62,176 nt of DNA, from NCBI GenBank assembly GCA_043778695.1, contig JAYWFR010000112.1, forward strand, positions 1 to 62,176, written 5' to 3'. The notes under the pieces were generated by a model. That model was not told the DNA's origin, searched no databases, and saw only the letters and a list, made by a program, of their open reading frames with translations. The position numbers were made by a program, and so were the translations under genes. Below, one piece after another: positions 8,412-17,030 of this stretch (the first letter of the stretch is position 1; each line of letters begins with the position of its first letter). This DNA comes from Polaromonas sp. (GTDB taxonomy: Bacteria > Pseudomonadota > Gammaproteobacteria > Burkholderiales > Burkholderiaceae_C).

Positions 8412-9386
8412 ATGGCACAACGCTCACAGCCGCTGCGCATGCAGCTCAACACTTTTTATTCCGGCCCGCAGGCCTGGTTTTTCTTGGCCGAAGAGCGCGG
8501 GTATCTGCGTGATGAGGGGCTGGAGATTGAATTTACCGAAGGCGATACCGCCGCCAACACCGTCCCCAAAATGGCAGCTGGTGGTTTTGATGTCGGCTAT
8601 GGCGACATCAATGCGCTGATAGCGCATGCGGCTAACGGCAATGCCAACGCGCCCCTGGCCGTATTCGCCAGCTACAACGCCTCGCCGTACGCCATTGCCG
8701 TGCCATTCAACAGCAGCATTCGCACACCGCAAGACCTGACAGGCAAGCTGCTGGCTGCGCATCCGCAAGACGCGGCAATGCTCCTGTTCCCTGAGTTTTG
8801 CAAGCGCACAGGGCTTGACGCAACTACCGTACGCACCGTGATTGACGCCGCGCCGCACAGCACCATGGTGCCCGAGCTGCTGGCAAACAACTGGGACGGG
8901 ATGTTCGGCTTTGTCAACACCCTGATTGCCGCGTCGATTGATGCAGGCATTGACCCGAAAGCGCTGCGCTACATCGAGTACCACGATCATGTGTCAGAGC
9001 TGTACGGCATGGCGCTGATGGTTACCCGCTCGCTCGCTGCAACAGAGCCAGACACCGTGTACAGATTGCTGCGTGCTTTCAATCGCGGCCTGGTTGACAC
9101 CATCGCCGACCCGGCTGCAGCCATTGGAGCCCTGGCCAAACGCAACCCAGCCATCAACCGCGAGTCAAACCTGCGCCGTTTGATGGGCACGCTGCAACTG
9201 GAGATGGGCCGCGCTGAAGGCGGCGTGCTGGGCATTGGCGATGTGGACGACGCCCGCTTTGCGCAGGGCATTGAGCTGCTGGTAACCACCAAAAATCTGC
9301 CGCATCACCCCAAGGCCGGGGAGTTGTTTGACAGGCGTTTTTTACCGCCTCTAGCGGATCGAGTGCGCAACTTGGTCAGGGCCTAA
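8412..9386 (+). CDS. NMT1/THI5-like substrate-binding-fold protein
   Basis: A.ERGYLRDEGLEIEF, FDVGYGD and LYGMALMV patterns; no evident signal peptide. Confidence 0.8.
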   Translation: MAQRSQPLRMQLNTFYSGPQAWFFLAEERGYLRDEGLEIEFTEGDTAANTVPKMAAGGFDVGYGDINALIAHAANGNANAPLAVFASYNASPYAIAVPFNSSIRTPQDLTGKLLAAHPQDAAMLLFPEFCKRTGLDATTVRTVIDAAPHSTMVPELLANNWDGMFGFVNTLIAASIDAGIDPKALRYIEYHDHVSELYGMALMVTRSLAATEPDTVYRLLRAFNRGLVDTIADPAAAIGALAKRNPAINRESNLRRLMGTLQLEMGRAEGGVLGIGDVDDARFAQGIELLVTTKNLPHHPKAGELFDRRFLPPLADRVRNLVRA

Positions 9387-9402
9387 AAGGGTTTGAAATT
9401 TA

Positions 9403-9502
9403 CCCCGTCTTCCGCTGGGGGGCGCTAGGCTGGCGGCATCCACGGAACCAACACGAGTTCAGCATTCGCCTCCAGCCTAACCCTCCCCAAGTGGGGCGGG
9501 AA
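9403..9502. repeat. Degenerate BoxC-like (family C) palindromic repeat
   Basis: CCCCGTCTTCCGCTGGGGGG...CCTAACCCTCCCCAAGTGGGGCGGGA between convergent genes; resembles 34058-34178. Confidence 0.5.
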
Positions 9503-9517
9503 ATAAGAGCACTGCCC

Positions 9518-10519
9518 TCAGAGCTTCACCCCAGCTCCTTTAACCACCGGCCCCAACACGGCGACCTGGTCTTTCACAAAACTGTTGAAGCCCGCCACAT
9601 TGGTCGGCACAGCGATGATGCCCAAGTCATTAAACTTGGCTTTGATCTCGGGCATAGCCAGCACCTCGTTGCACACCGCATTGAGCCGGGCCACCATCTC
9701 AAGCGGCAACTTGGCTGGGCCTGACAGGCCGAAAAAATTCTCCAGCACCAGCTTGGGTTGCTTCAGTTCGACCACGGTGGGCACGTCGGGCATCAGCGGC
9801 GACCGGATGCTGGACGTCACCGCCAGTGGCAGCAACTGGCCACTTTTGAAAAACGGGACGTACGATGTGATCACGTCGATACCAACGGGAATCACCCCGG
9901 CAATCAAGTCTGTGGTCATGGGTGCGCCGCCACGATAAGGCACGTGCTGCAGGTTGATCATCATTTGCTTTTTCATCAGTTCGCCATGAATGTGGCCAAC
10001 GGAGCCCGGCCCACCCGAACCAAAATCAAGCCGCCCGGTTTTGCGGGCTGCTGCTTCCAGGTCAGCCATGCTGCTGATGCCAGCTTTCGGGTTGGCCATG
10101 ATGACAAGCGGCGCAGAGCCCAGATAACTGACGTGGGTGAAGGCTTCAATCGGGTCATACGGCAGCTTGTCCAGCGTGAAGGGGCCGAGCGCAATCGGTG
10201 ATGTGTTTGCCAGCATGAAGGTGTAGCCGTCAGGCGCGCTTTGAGCGACAAACGCTCCGCCAATCGTGCCGCCAGCGCCGGGTTTGTTGTCCACCACCAC
10301 CGGCTGCCCCAGCTTTTTGGTCAGCTGCTCAGCCATCAGCCGCGCCACCACATCGCTGGCACCACCTGGCGGGAAGGTCACCACAATTTTGATGGCTTTG
10401 TCTGGCCAGGCAGCGCGGGCTGGCAGGGCGAACGCAGCAGCGCCCACAGCGGCCCATCGCAGGGCCGCGCGACGGGAAGGGCCCAAAGGGCGTTGCGCAT
10501 GGGTTGCAGTGTTTTTCAT
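9518..10519 (-). CDS. Bug/TctC tripartite tricarboxylate transporter substrate-binding protein
   Basis: WPDKAIKIVVTFPPGGASD, DNKPGAGG, APDGYT, HVPYRGG; Tat-like SRR signal. Confidence 0.92.
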   Translation of the reverse strand: MKNTATHAQRPLGPSRRAALRWAAVGAAAFALPARAAWPDKAIKIVVTFPPGGASDVVARLMAEQLTKKLGQPVVVDNKPGAGGTIGGAFVAQSAPDGYTFMLANTSPIALGPFTLDKLPYDPIEAFTHVSYLGSAPLVIMANPKAGISSMADLEAAARKTGRLDFGSGGPGSVGHIHGELMKKQMMINLQHVPYRGGAPMTTDLIAGVIPVGIDVITSYVPFFKSGQLLPLAVTSSIRSPLMPDVPTVVELKQPKLVLENFFGLSGPAKLPLEMVARLNAVCNEVLAMPEIKAKFNDLGIIAVPTNVAGFNSFVKDQVAVLGPVVKGAGVKL

Positions 10520-10675
10520 GGGGGTTTCCAGATAAATAGTGAAATATTGCAATGTACGGCGCGCTGGCTGGCATGCCAATCGCTTGCAGCTTATACCGGC
10601 CATAAGCCAACCACCAGATATTAAACTGAGCAGCACCATTTCCGCTGAACAGCACCATTACCGTGCATACAAAAC

Positions 10676-11668
10676 ATGACCCGAACTGCAGACCCCTTTG
10701 ATACCTACTTGCTGCGCGTCTTCAGCATGCTGATGGCTGAGCGCAGTGTGTCGCGTGCGGCAGCCAAATTAGACCAGTCGCAGCCCGCCGTGTCTGCTGC
10801 GCTTAAACGTTTGCGGGACATTTTGGGTGATCCGTTGCTGGTCAAAGACAAGCAGCGCATGGTGCCAACCGAGCGTGCCTTGCAGCTTGAAGCGTCGGTG
10901 CGAATTGTGCTGGGCGAGATTGAAAGCCTGCTGGCTCCCGCTGCCGAGTTTGACCCCGCCACCACCAAACTGACCTTTCGCATTGGCACGCCCGACTATT
11001 TAGCCCCACCGCTGATGGCCAGTTTGGTCAGCTACCTGCGCATGACGGCGCCCAAAGCCAGGCTGATCTTGGTTCCCCTGGGCAACGACTTTGACTACGA
11101 GGCGGCGCTAGCCAATGGCGAGCTTGACATCGTGATTGGCAACTGGCCGCAGCCACCCGAGCACCTGCGCATGACTATTCTTTTAGAAGACGCGGTAGTT
11201 TGTCTGGTCAGCCGTGATCACCCTTGCGCCGGTAAGTCGGACTCGCAACTAACGGTGGCAGATTATTTGAACGGCGCACACATCGTGCCGCTGACTTACA
11301 GCGTGATGCAGCGCGGCGTGGTGGAGTCGCATTTGGCTGCGCTGCGGTTGCACCGCGAGGCAACAGTCACTGTGCCCTACTTCAGCATGGCGCCCAGTTT
11401 GCTGCCCGGTACAGATTTGATTTTTACCACCAGCCGCCACTTTGCCGAGCACCACGCCCGCCAGCTGCCGCTTGCCATCCTAAAGCCGCCGATTGACTTC
11501 CCGACCATGCGCTTTTACCAGCTGTGGCACAACCGAAGTCAGCAGTCCCAAAGCAACGCGTGGCTGCGCTCGCTGCTGTCAGCTGTGGCGCGGACGGCCG
11601 ATGCGGCGCAAGGTTTGCGGCAGCCAGGCGGGAGCCGAGTCAAACCGAACTTACTACTAAAATCGTAG
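10676..11668 (+). CDS. LysR family transcriptional regulator
   Basis: SVSRAAAKLDQSQPAVSAALKRLR HTH; divergent from the Bug gene. Confidence 0.92.
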   Translation: MTRTADPFDTYLLRVFSMLMAERSVSRAAAKLDQSQPAVSAALKRLRDILGDPLLVKDKQRMVPTERALQLEASVRIVLGEIESLLAPAAEFDPATTKLTFRIGTPDYLAPPLMASLVSYLRMTAPKARLILVPLGNDFDYEAALANGELDIVIGNWPQPPEHLRMTILLEDAVVCLVSRDHPCAGKSDSQLTVADYLNGAHIVPLTYSVMQRGVVESHLAALRLHREATVTVPYFSMAPSLLPGTDLIFTTSRHFAEHHARQLPLAILKPPIDFPTMRFYQLWHNRSQQSQSNAWLRSLLSAVARTADAAQGLRQPGGSRVKPNLLLKS

Positions 11669-11695
11669 CTGCTCGCCCCCGTATTTGTCGGGCTA
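11653..11695 (+). repeat. Element A copy overlapping the LysR stop codon
   Basis: ACTAC-N7-GTAGC-TGC-TCGCCC-N11-GGGCTA. Confidence 0.8.
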
Positions 11696-11819
11696 GCGAC
11701 GTATTTTCTTGTTAAAAACCTTATCTGGTAGCCAAGCCATCTTGGGTTGACAAACACCTAAGCAGACGCGTGGTATCCGCTTCAGTGTTTAATCAGCGCT
11801 GCAGAATATAAAGCGTTTT

Positions 11820-12215
11820 ATGTTGACCCAAATAAGCAATCTCATCACAGCCGGCAACGTTGGCATCATGTTGTTTTTTTCAGTAGCAGTGGCTCCCACT
11901 ATCTTCATGGTGCTGCCGCCTGAGTGGTCGGCAGCATATGTGCGCAAGTTCTTCCCCAAGTATTTTTTGTTCTTGGGCATCACCAGCGCAATAGCCGCGG
12001 TACTGCACAACTTACCGCTGGTGCAAATCAGTCTGGGCCTGTGCGCTGCGGTTTTCTTTTTCAGCGTTTTCTGGCTGACGCCGCGCATCAACTTAGCGCG
12101 GGACAACAAGCAGATGAAGAAATTCAATGTGCTGCACTACACCAGCGTGGGCCTAAATCTCGCGCAGTTGGCAGTGTTTATTTGGGTACTGGTTAAAAGT
12201 GTATGGGTATCGTGA
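11820..12215 (+). CDS. DUF4149 family membrane protein
   Basis: Four hydrophobic helices, APTIF, TPRIN.ARD, F..LH..SV.LN. Confidence 0.75.
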   Translation: MLTQISNLITAGNVGIMLFFSVAVAPTIFMVLPPEWSAAYVRKFFPKYFLFLGITSAIAAVLHNLPLVQISLGLCAAVFFFSVFWLTPRINLARDNKQMKKFNVLHYTSVGLNLAQLAVFIWVLVKSVWVS

Positions 12216-12261
12216 TTTTGGTCGACATAGCCAAACGCGGGCAGCTCCTAAACAAAGAGCA

Positions 12262-12801
12262 TCAATCCTTCACCCGCGACGCAAACGTCTTGCGAAACTT
12301 CGCCACTTTCGGCCCCGCCACCGCCACGCAATAACCCTGGTTCGGGTTCTTGGCAAAGAAGTCCTGGTGGTACTCTTCAGCCGGCCAATAGTTCGCTAGC
12401 GGCACGACTTCGGTCACGATGGGGCTGTCAAATACTTTGTCTTGGCTCATTTTGCGAATCATATTGTCGGCAACTTGCTTTTGCTCCGCGCTTGAGTAGT
12501 AAATGCCACTGCGGTACTGGGTGCCGCTGTCGTTGCCCTGGCGGTTGAGGGTAGTGGCGTCGTGCACAACAAAAAAGATTTCAAGAATCTCGCCCAGCGT
12601 TATTTGTTCGGGGTCGTAGTCAAGTTTGACCACCTCGTTGCTGCCGGTGCGGCCGGTGCACACGTCTTCGTAGCTGGGGCGATTCACTTGTCCATTGCTA
12701 TAGCCTGATTCCACGTCAGTGATGCCGCGAACTTTGACGAACACCGCCTCGGTGCACCAAAAGCACCCGCCGCCCAGGGTGATGGTTTGAACTTGAGTCA
12801 T
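12262..12801 (-). CDS. msrA: Peptide methionine sulfoxide reductase A
   Basis: GGGCFWC, NRQGND.GTQYRS, AEEYHQ. Confidence 0.96.
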   Translation of the reverse strand: MTQVQTITLGGGCFWCTEAVFVKVRGITDVESGYSNGQVNRPSYEDVCTGRTGSNEVVKLDYDPEQITLGEILEIFFVVHDATTLNRQGNDSGTQYRSGIYYSSAEQKQVADNMIRKMSQDKVFDSPIVTEVVPLANYWPAEEYHQDFFAKNPNQGYCVAVAGPKVAKFRKTFASRVKD

Positions 12802-12913
12802 AAACTTTTTTCCTAATGTGTTGTATGGTTGCGGGTGCAGCGCATCAAGCGCATTGCTCGGTACACTTTAAGCCCAAAGCGTTTAGACAGACCACCCAAA
12901 GGACACATTCTTC

Positions 12914-14134
12914 ATGAAAACCAACGTCAAACCGCGCTTCGTCTGGGAAGACCCTTTTATGCTGCAAGACCAGCTAAGCGACGACGAGCGCGCCATTCAA
13001 GAGGCGGCGCACCAGTTTTGCCAGGACAAGCTGCAAACCCGCGTGTTGATGGCCGCGCGGCACGAAAAATTTGACCGCGAGATCATGAATGAAGCCGGTG
13101 CGATGGGGTTTTTAGGCTCGACGATTGAAGGCTACGGCTGCGCTGGCCTGAGCTATGTTGATTACGGGCTGATCGCGCGTGAAGTCGAGCGGGTAGACAG
13201 CGGCTACCGCAGCGCCATCAGCGTGCAGTCGTCACTCGTCATGCACCCCATCAACGCCTACGGCAGCGAGGCGCAAAAACAAAAGTATCTGCCAAAGCTG
13301 GCCACTGGCGAATGGGTGGGCTGTTTTGGTTTGACCGAACCCAACCACGGCTCTGACCCGGCCAGCATGCTGAGCCGCGCCAAGCCAATTACGGTTGACG
13401 GGGTGAGCGGCTTCGTCATGAATGGTGCCAAGATGTGGATCACCAATTCACCAATTGCCGATGTGTTTGTGGTGTGGGCCAAACTAACGGACCCAGATGG
13501 CAACACCGGTGGGCAAGAGTCGATTCGCGGCTTTATCCTTGAGAAGGGTATGAAAGGCCTCACCGCTCCCAAGATTGAAGGCAAGATGAGCTTGCGCGCC
13601 TCGATCACAGGAGAGATCGTGATGGACGGCGTGTTTGTGCCCGAGGGCAACATGCTGCCAAAGGTAAGCGGCCTGAAAGGCCCATTTGGCTGCCTGAACA
13701 AAGCCCGTTACGGCATTGCTTGGGGGGCTCTAGGTGCGGCTGAAGACTGCTGGTTTCGTGCCCGCCAGTACACGATGGACAGGGTGCAGTTTGGCCGCCC
13801 GCTGGCGCAAAACCAGCTCATCCAGAAAAAGCTAGCCGACATGCAAACCGAAATCGCCCTCGGCCTGCAAGCCTGCCTGCGGGTAGGCCGCCTGATGGAT
13901 GAAGGCAAGGACGTGCCAGAGATGATTTCGATCATCAAGCGCAACAGCTGCGGCAAGGCACTCGACATTGCCCGCATGGCGCGCGACATGCACGGCGGTA
14001 ATGGTATTCATGATGAATACCACGTGATTCGCCACATGATCAATTTAGAGACCGTCAACACCTACGAAGGCACGCACGATGTGCACGCGCTGATATTGGG
14101 TCGGGCGCAAACGGGCTTGCAAGCGTTTTATTGA
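12914..14134 (+). CDS. gcdH: Glutaryl-CoA dehydrogenase (acyl-CoA dehydrogenase)
   Basis: [32 protein letters not shown]. Confidence 0.9.
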   Translation: MKTNVKPRFVWEDPFMLQDQLSDDERAIQEAAHQFCQDKLQTRVLMAARHEKFDREIMNEAGAMGFLGSTIEGYGCAGLSYVDYGLIAREVERVDSGYRSAISVQSSLVMHPINAYGSEAQKQKYLPKLATGEWVGCFGLTEPNHGSDPASMLSRAKPITVDGVSGFVMNGAKMWITNSPIADVFVVWAKLTDPDGNTGGQESIRGFILEKGMKGLTAPKIEGKMSLRASITGEIVMDGVFVPEGNMLPKVSGLKGPFGCLNKARYGIAWGALGAAEDCWFRARQYTMDRVQFGRPLAQNQLIQKKLADMQTEIALGLQACLRVGRLMDEGKDVPEMISIIKRNSCGKALDIARMARDMHGGNGIHDEYHVIRHMINLETVNTYEGTHDVHALILGRAQTGLQAFY

Positions 14135-14177
14135 TTTTGGGCCGTTTCTAATCATTTTCAAGCATCGTTTAACGCCT

Positions 14178-14220
14178 TAGCCCCATGAATATCTGGGCGT
14201 GCAGCTCCTGTTTTAATAGC
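14178..14220 (-). repeat. Element A copy
   Basis: TAGCCC-N11-GGGCGT-GCA-GCTCC-N7-ATAGC. Confidence 0.8.
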
Positions 14221-14225
14221 AACTG

Positions 14226-14996
14226 ATGGAACCGGGCGCGCTCAAACTCATCCTGTCAGCTTTGGTTATGCCCCTCGCCAGCCTGGTACTGGTAGCAGTG
14301 GCTGGGTTGGTGGGAGCAGCGCGGCACAAGCGCACTGGTTTACTGCTCAGCGCCGCCGCCTCTATCGGCTTGTGGCTGTTGTCATGCCAGGCCGTTTCTG
14401 TATGGCTGGCCCGCAATGCACAGCCGCAATACCCGGTCGTCACCGCAGCGCAACTGAAAACCAGTCAAGTACAGGCCATTGTGGTGCTGGGCGGCGGCAT
14501 CTACCCCCAAGCACCTGAGTACGGTCAAGCACAGCTAAGCCCCACCACGGCTGCCCGCTTGCGCTATGGCGTTTGGCTGGCGCGGCAAACTGGTTTGCCA
14601 GTGGCTTTTTCAGGCGGTGTCGGCTGGGCAGGCGCAGACGATGGCGTTAACTCTGAGGCCAGCGTGGCAAGCCGCACGGCGCAGCAAGACTACAACTTCA
14701 GCTTGAAATGGCTAGAGAACAAATCGCGCAATACCGCTGAAAATGCGCAGTTGCTAGCCACTTTGCTCAAAAAAGACGGTACTACCCGAATTGCTTTGGT
14801 GACCACTGCGTCGCACATGCCCAGATCAATTTTGCAACTTGAGCGGCAAGGCTTTGCCATCACACCGGCACCCACCGGATTTGTACTGCCTGATCAGCCG
14901 CCATGGCTACAGTGGCTGCCGTCGACAGATGGCATCAAGGAATCAACCCGCGTGCTACATGAAGTTTTAGGGCTGGCCGTTGCGAAATTGCAATAA
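14226..14996 (+). CDS. YdcF/DUF218 family protein
   Basis: IVVLGGG, SGG, SRNTAENA, LVT.ASHMPR, LHE. Confidence 0.88.
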   Translation: MEPGALKLILSALVMPLASLVLVAVAGLVGAARHKRTGLLLSAAASIGLWLLSCQAVSVWLARNAQPQYPVVTAAQLKTSQVQAIVVLGGGIYPQAPEYGQAQLSPTTAARLRYGVWLARQTGLPVAFSGGVGWAGADDGVNSEASVASRTAQQDYNFSLKWLENKSRNTAENAQLLATLLKKDGTTRIALVTTASHMPRSILQLERQGFAITPAPTGFVLPDQPPWLQWLPSTDGIKESTRVLHEVLGLAVAKLQ

Positions 14997-15014
14997 ATCA
15001 GCAACCCGTTTGGG

Positions 15015-15064
15015 TTGACGTATCGCTCCCAAAAAGCTATATTACTAACCAGCCAGTCAGTAAT
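15015..15064 (+). promoter_or_regulatory. Sigma70 promoter with overlapping TetR-type operator
   Basis: TTGACG(15015)-17 nt-TATATT(15038); inverted repeat ATTACTAACC-AGCC-AGTCAGTAAT (15041-15064). Confidence 0.7.
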
Positions 15065-15065
15065 T

Positions 15066-15764
15066 ATGCCGTTCACTCCGCCAAACTTAACCCTAGCCGA
15101 TTGCCCCATTAAAAAAGTGCTCCACGCCAAACGCGAGCGGCGTAAAGACGCACGCCCGGGCGAGTTGCTGGACGCAGCGCTTGATTTGTTTGTTGAAAAA
15201 GGCTTTGCAGCTACCCGGGCTGAGGAAGTCGCCGCCCGCGCCGGCGTGTCAAAAGGCACGCTTTTTTTGTACTTTCAAAGCAAGGAAGACCTCTTCAAAG
15301 CCGTGGTACGCGAGAACATTTCTGGGCACTTCAAAGAGTGGAACGAGACTTTTGACAACTTCAAAGGCACCAGTGCTGAGATGGTGACGTTGTGCATGAG
15401 CGAGTGGTGGCGGCGGGTGGGCGCAACCAAAGCATCAGGTATTGAAAAGTTGATGATGAGCGAGGCGAGTAATTTCCCGGAGATTGCCGCTTTTTATCGG
15501 CACGAGGTAGTTGAGCCTGGCCAAGCCCTGATTCGCCGGATTTTGCAACGGGGAATTGATCGCCAAGAGTTCAAAAAAATGGATCTGGACTATGCTTCAT
15601 TTGCGATCATTGCGCCTATGATTTTTTTGATATTGGCCAAGCACTCTGCCTCTGTATGCGTCAGCACGGCGGCCGACCTGGACCCCGAGAAATACATCAT
15701 GTCGCAACTACACATCGTTTTGTACGGCATGAGCGCCCCCCCCATTGATCATTTATCCCCCTAG
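15066..15764 (+). CDS. TetR/AcrR family regulator
   Basis: LFVEKGFAAT...VAARAGVSKGTLFLYF HTH. Confidence 0.92.
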   Translation: MPFTPPNLTLADCPIKKVLHAKRERRKDARPGELLDAALDLFVEKGFAATRAEEVAARAGVSKGTLFLYFQSKEDLFKAVVRENISGHFKEWNETFDNFKGTSAEMVTLCMSEWWRRVGATKASGIEKLMMSEASNFPEIAAFYRHEVVEPGQALIRRILQRGIDRQEFKKMDLDYASFAIIAPMIFLILAKHSASVCVSTAADLDPEKYIMSQLHIVLYGMSAPPIDHLSP

Positions 15765-15781
15765 ACACAGGACAACTCCGC

Positions 15782-16999
15782 ATGAGTTTGAACAAAAAAA
15801 GCGCGCTGAAATGGGCGGTTGCTCTGCTGGTGTTGGCTTTATTGGCAGTCGGCGTGCTGCGCGTGTTGTCGCAGCGCAAAGCCCAGCAACAGGCCCTAAG
15901 CGCCGCCAGCGCAGCTAAAGAAGCACTGCCCATCGAGTTGGCAGCCAGCGACGTGACGCAGGTCAAGCTTTTGAATATCAACCAAGGCTTGGCGGTTTCT
16001 GGCTCGCTGAAGGCGGTTAACTCAGCTGTTGTCAAAGCCCGCGTGGCTGGCGAATTACGGGGGCTGACGGTGCGTGAAGGTGACTTTGTCACAGCCGGTC
16101 AAGTGATTGCACGCATCGACGCCAGCGACTTGCAGTCCCGTGTACGGCAGGCGCGTGAACAAGCTGAATCAGCCAAGGCGCAGATCGAGGTGGTGCAGCG
16201 TCAGTATGACAACAACAAAGCGCTGGTAGACCAAGGCTTTATTTCAAAAACAGCTTTGGATGCGTCCCTGGCCAATTTAAACGCTGCGCAAGCGACCTAC
16301 AAAGCGGCGCTTGCCGCCACCGACGTAGCGACCAAATCGGTTGACGACACGGTGCTCAAAGCGCCAATTTCTGGCCAGGTATCCCAGCGATTGGCGCAAC
16401 CCGGTGAGCGCGTGGGTGTTGACGCGCGAATTGTTGAAATCGTGGACCTGACCCGCGTGGAGCTTGAAGCCACGCTGAGCGCCGCTGATTCGAGCCAAAT
16501 ACAGGTCGGGCAAAGTGCCCAGCTGCAAATTGAAGGCAACCCCAAAACCGTGGTCGCCAAAGTGGTGCGCATCAACCCCAGCGCCCAGGCGGGCAGCCGC
16601 AGCGTGCTGGCCTATTTGAGCCTGGACAATACCAAGGCAGACGCCGCCCCCTTGCGACAAGGCTTGTTTGCTCAAGGCACGCTGGGCACGGCGCGCGCGG
16701 CACTGCTGGCAGTACCGCTGGACAGCGTGCGTACTGACCGACCAGCACCCTATGTGCAGGCCATTGAAAACGGCAAGGTGGTGTACCGCATGGTCGAGCT
16801 GGGCACCCGCGGCAGCACTGACAGCGCAGACGTTGTAGCCGTCAAAGGGTTGGCAGACAGCACGGTGGTGATTTTGGGAAACGTGGGCATTTTGCGAGAA
16901 GGCACTGCAGTGAAGTTCACCCAAATCGGCCTGGCATCTGCCACATCAGCATCTACCGCATCTTCGGCCTCGGCGGTCAGCGCCAAAACAGCCCCGTAA
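15782..16999 (+). CDS. RND efflux membrane fusion protein
   Basis: N-terminal anchor, lipoyl halves VKARVAG/VREGD.V and APISG. Confidence 0.9.
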   Translation: MSLNKKSALKWAVALLVLALLAVGVLRVLSQRKAQQQALSAASAAKEALPIELAASDVTQVKLLNINQGLAVSGSLKAVNSAVVKARVAGELRGLTVREGDFVTAGQVIARIDASDLQSRVRQAREQAESAKAQIEVVQRQYDNNKALVDQGFISKTALDASLANLNAAQATYKAALAATDVATKSVDDTVLKAPISGQVSQRLAQPGERVGVDARIVEIVDLTRVELEATLSAADSSQIQVGQSAQLQIEGNPKTVVAKVVRINPSAQAGSRSVLAYLSLDNTKADAAPLRQGLFAQGTLGTARAALLAVPLDSVRTDRPAPYVQAIENGKVVYRMVELGTRGSTDSADVVAVKGLADSTVVILGNVGILREGTAVKFTQIGLASATSASTASSASAVSAKTAP

Positions 17000-17030
17000 A
17001 GCATCGATAAGCGCATCAAATAAAGCATCT

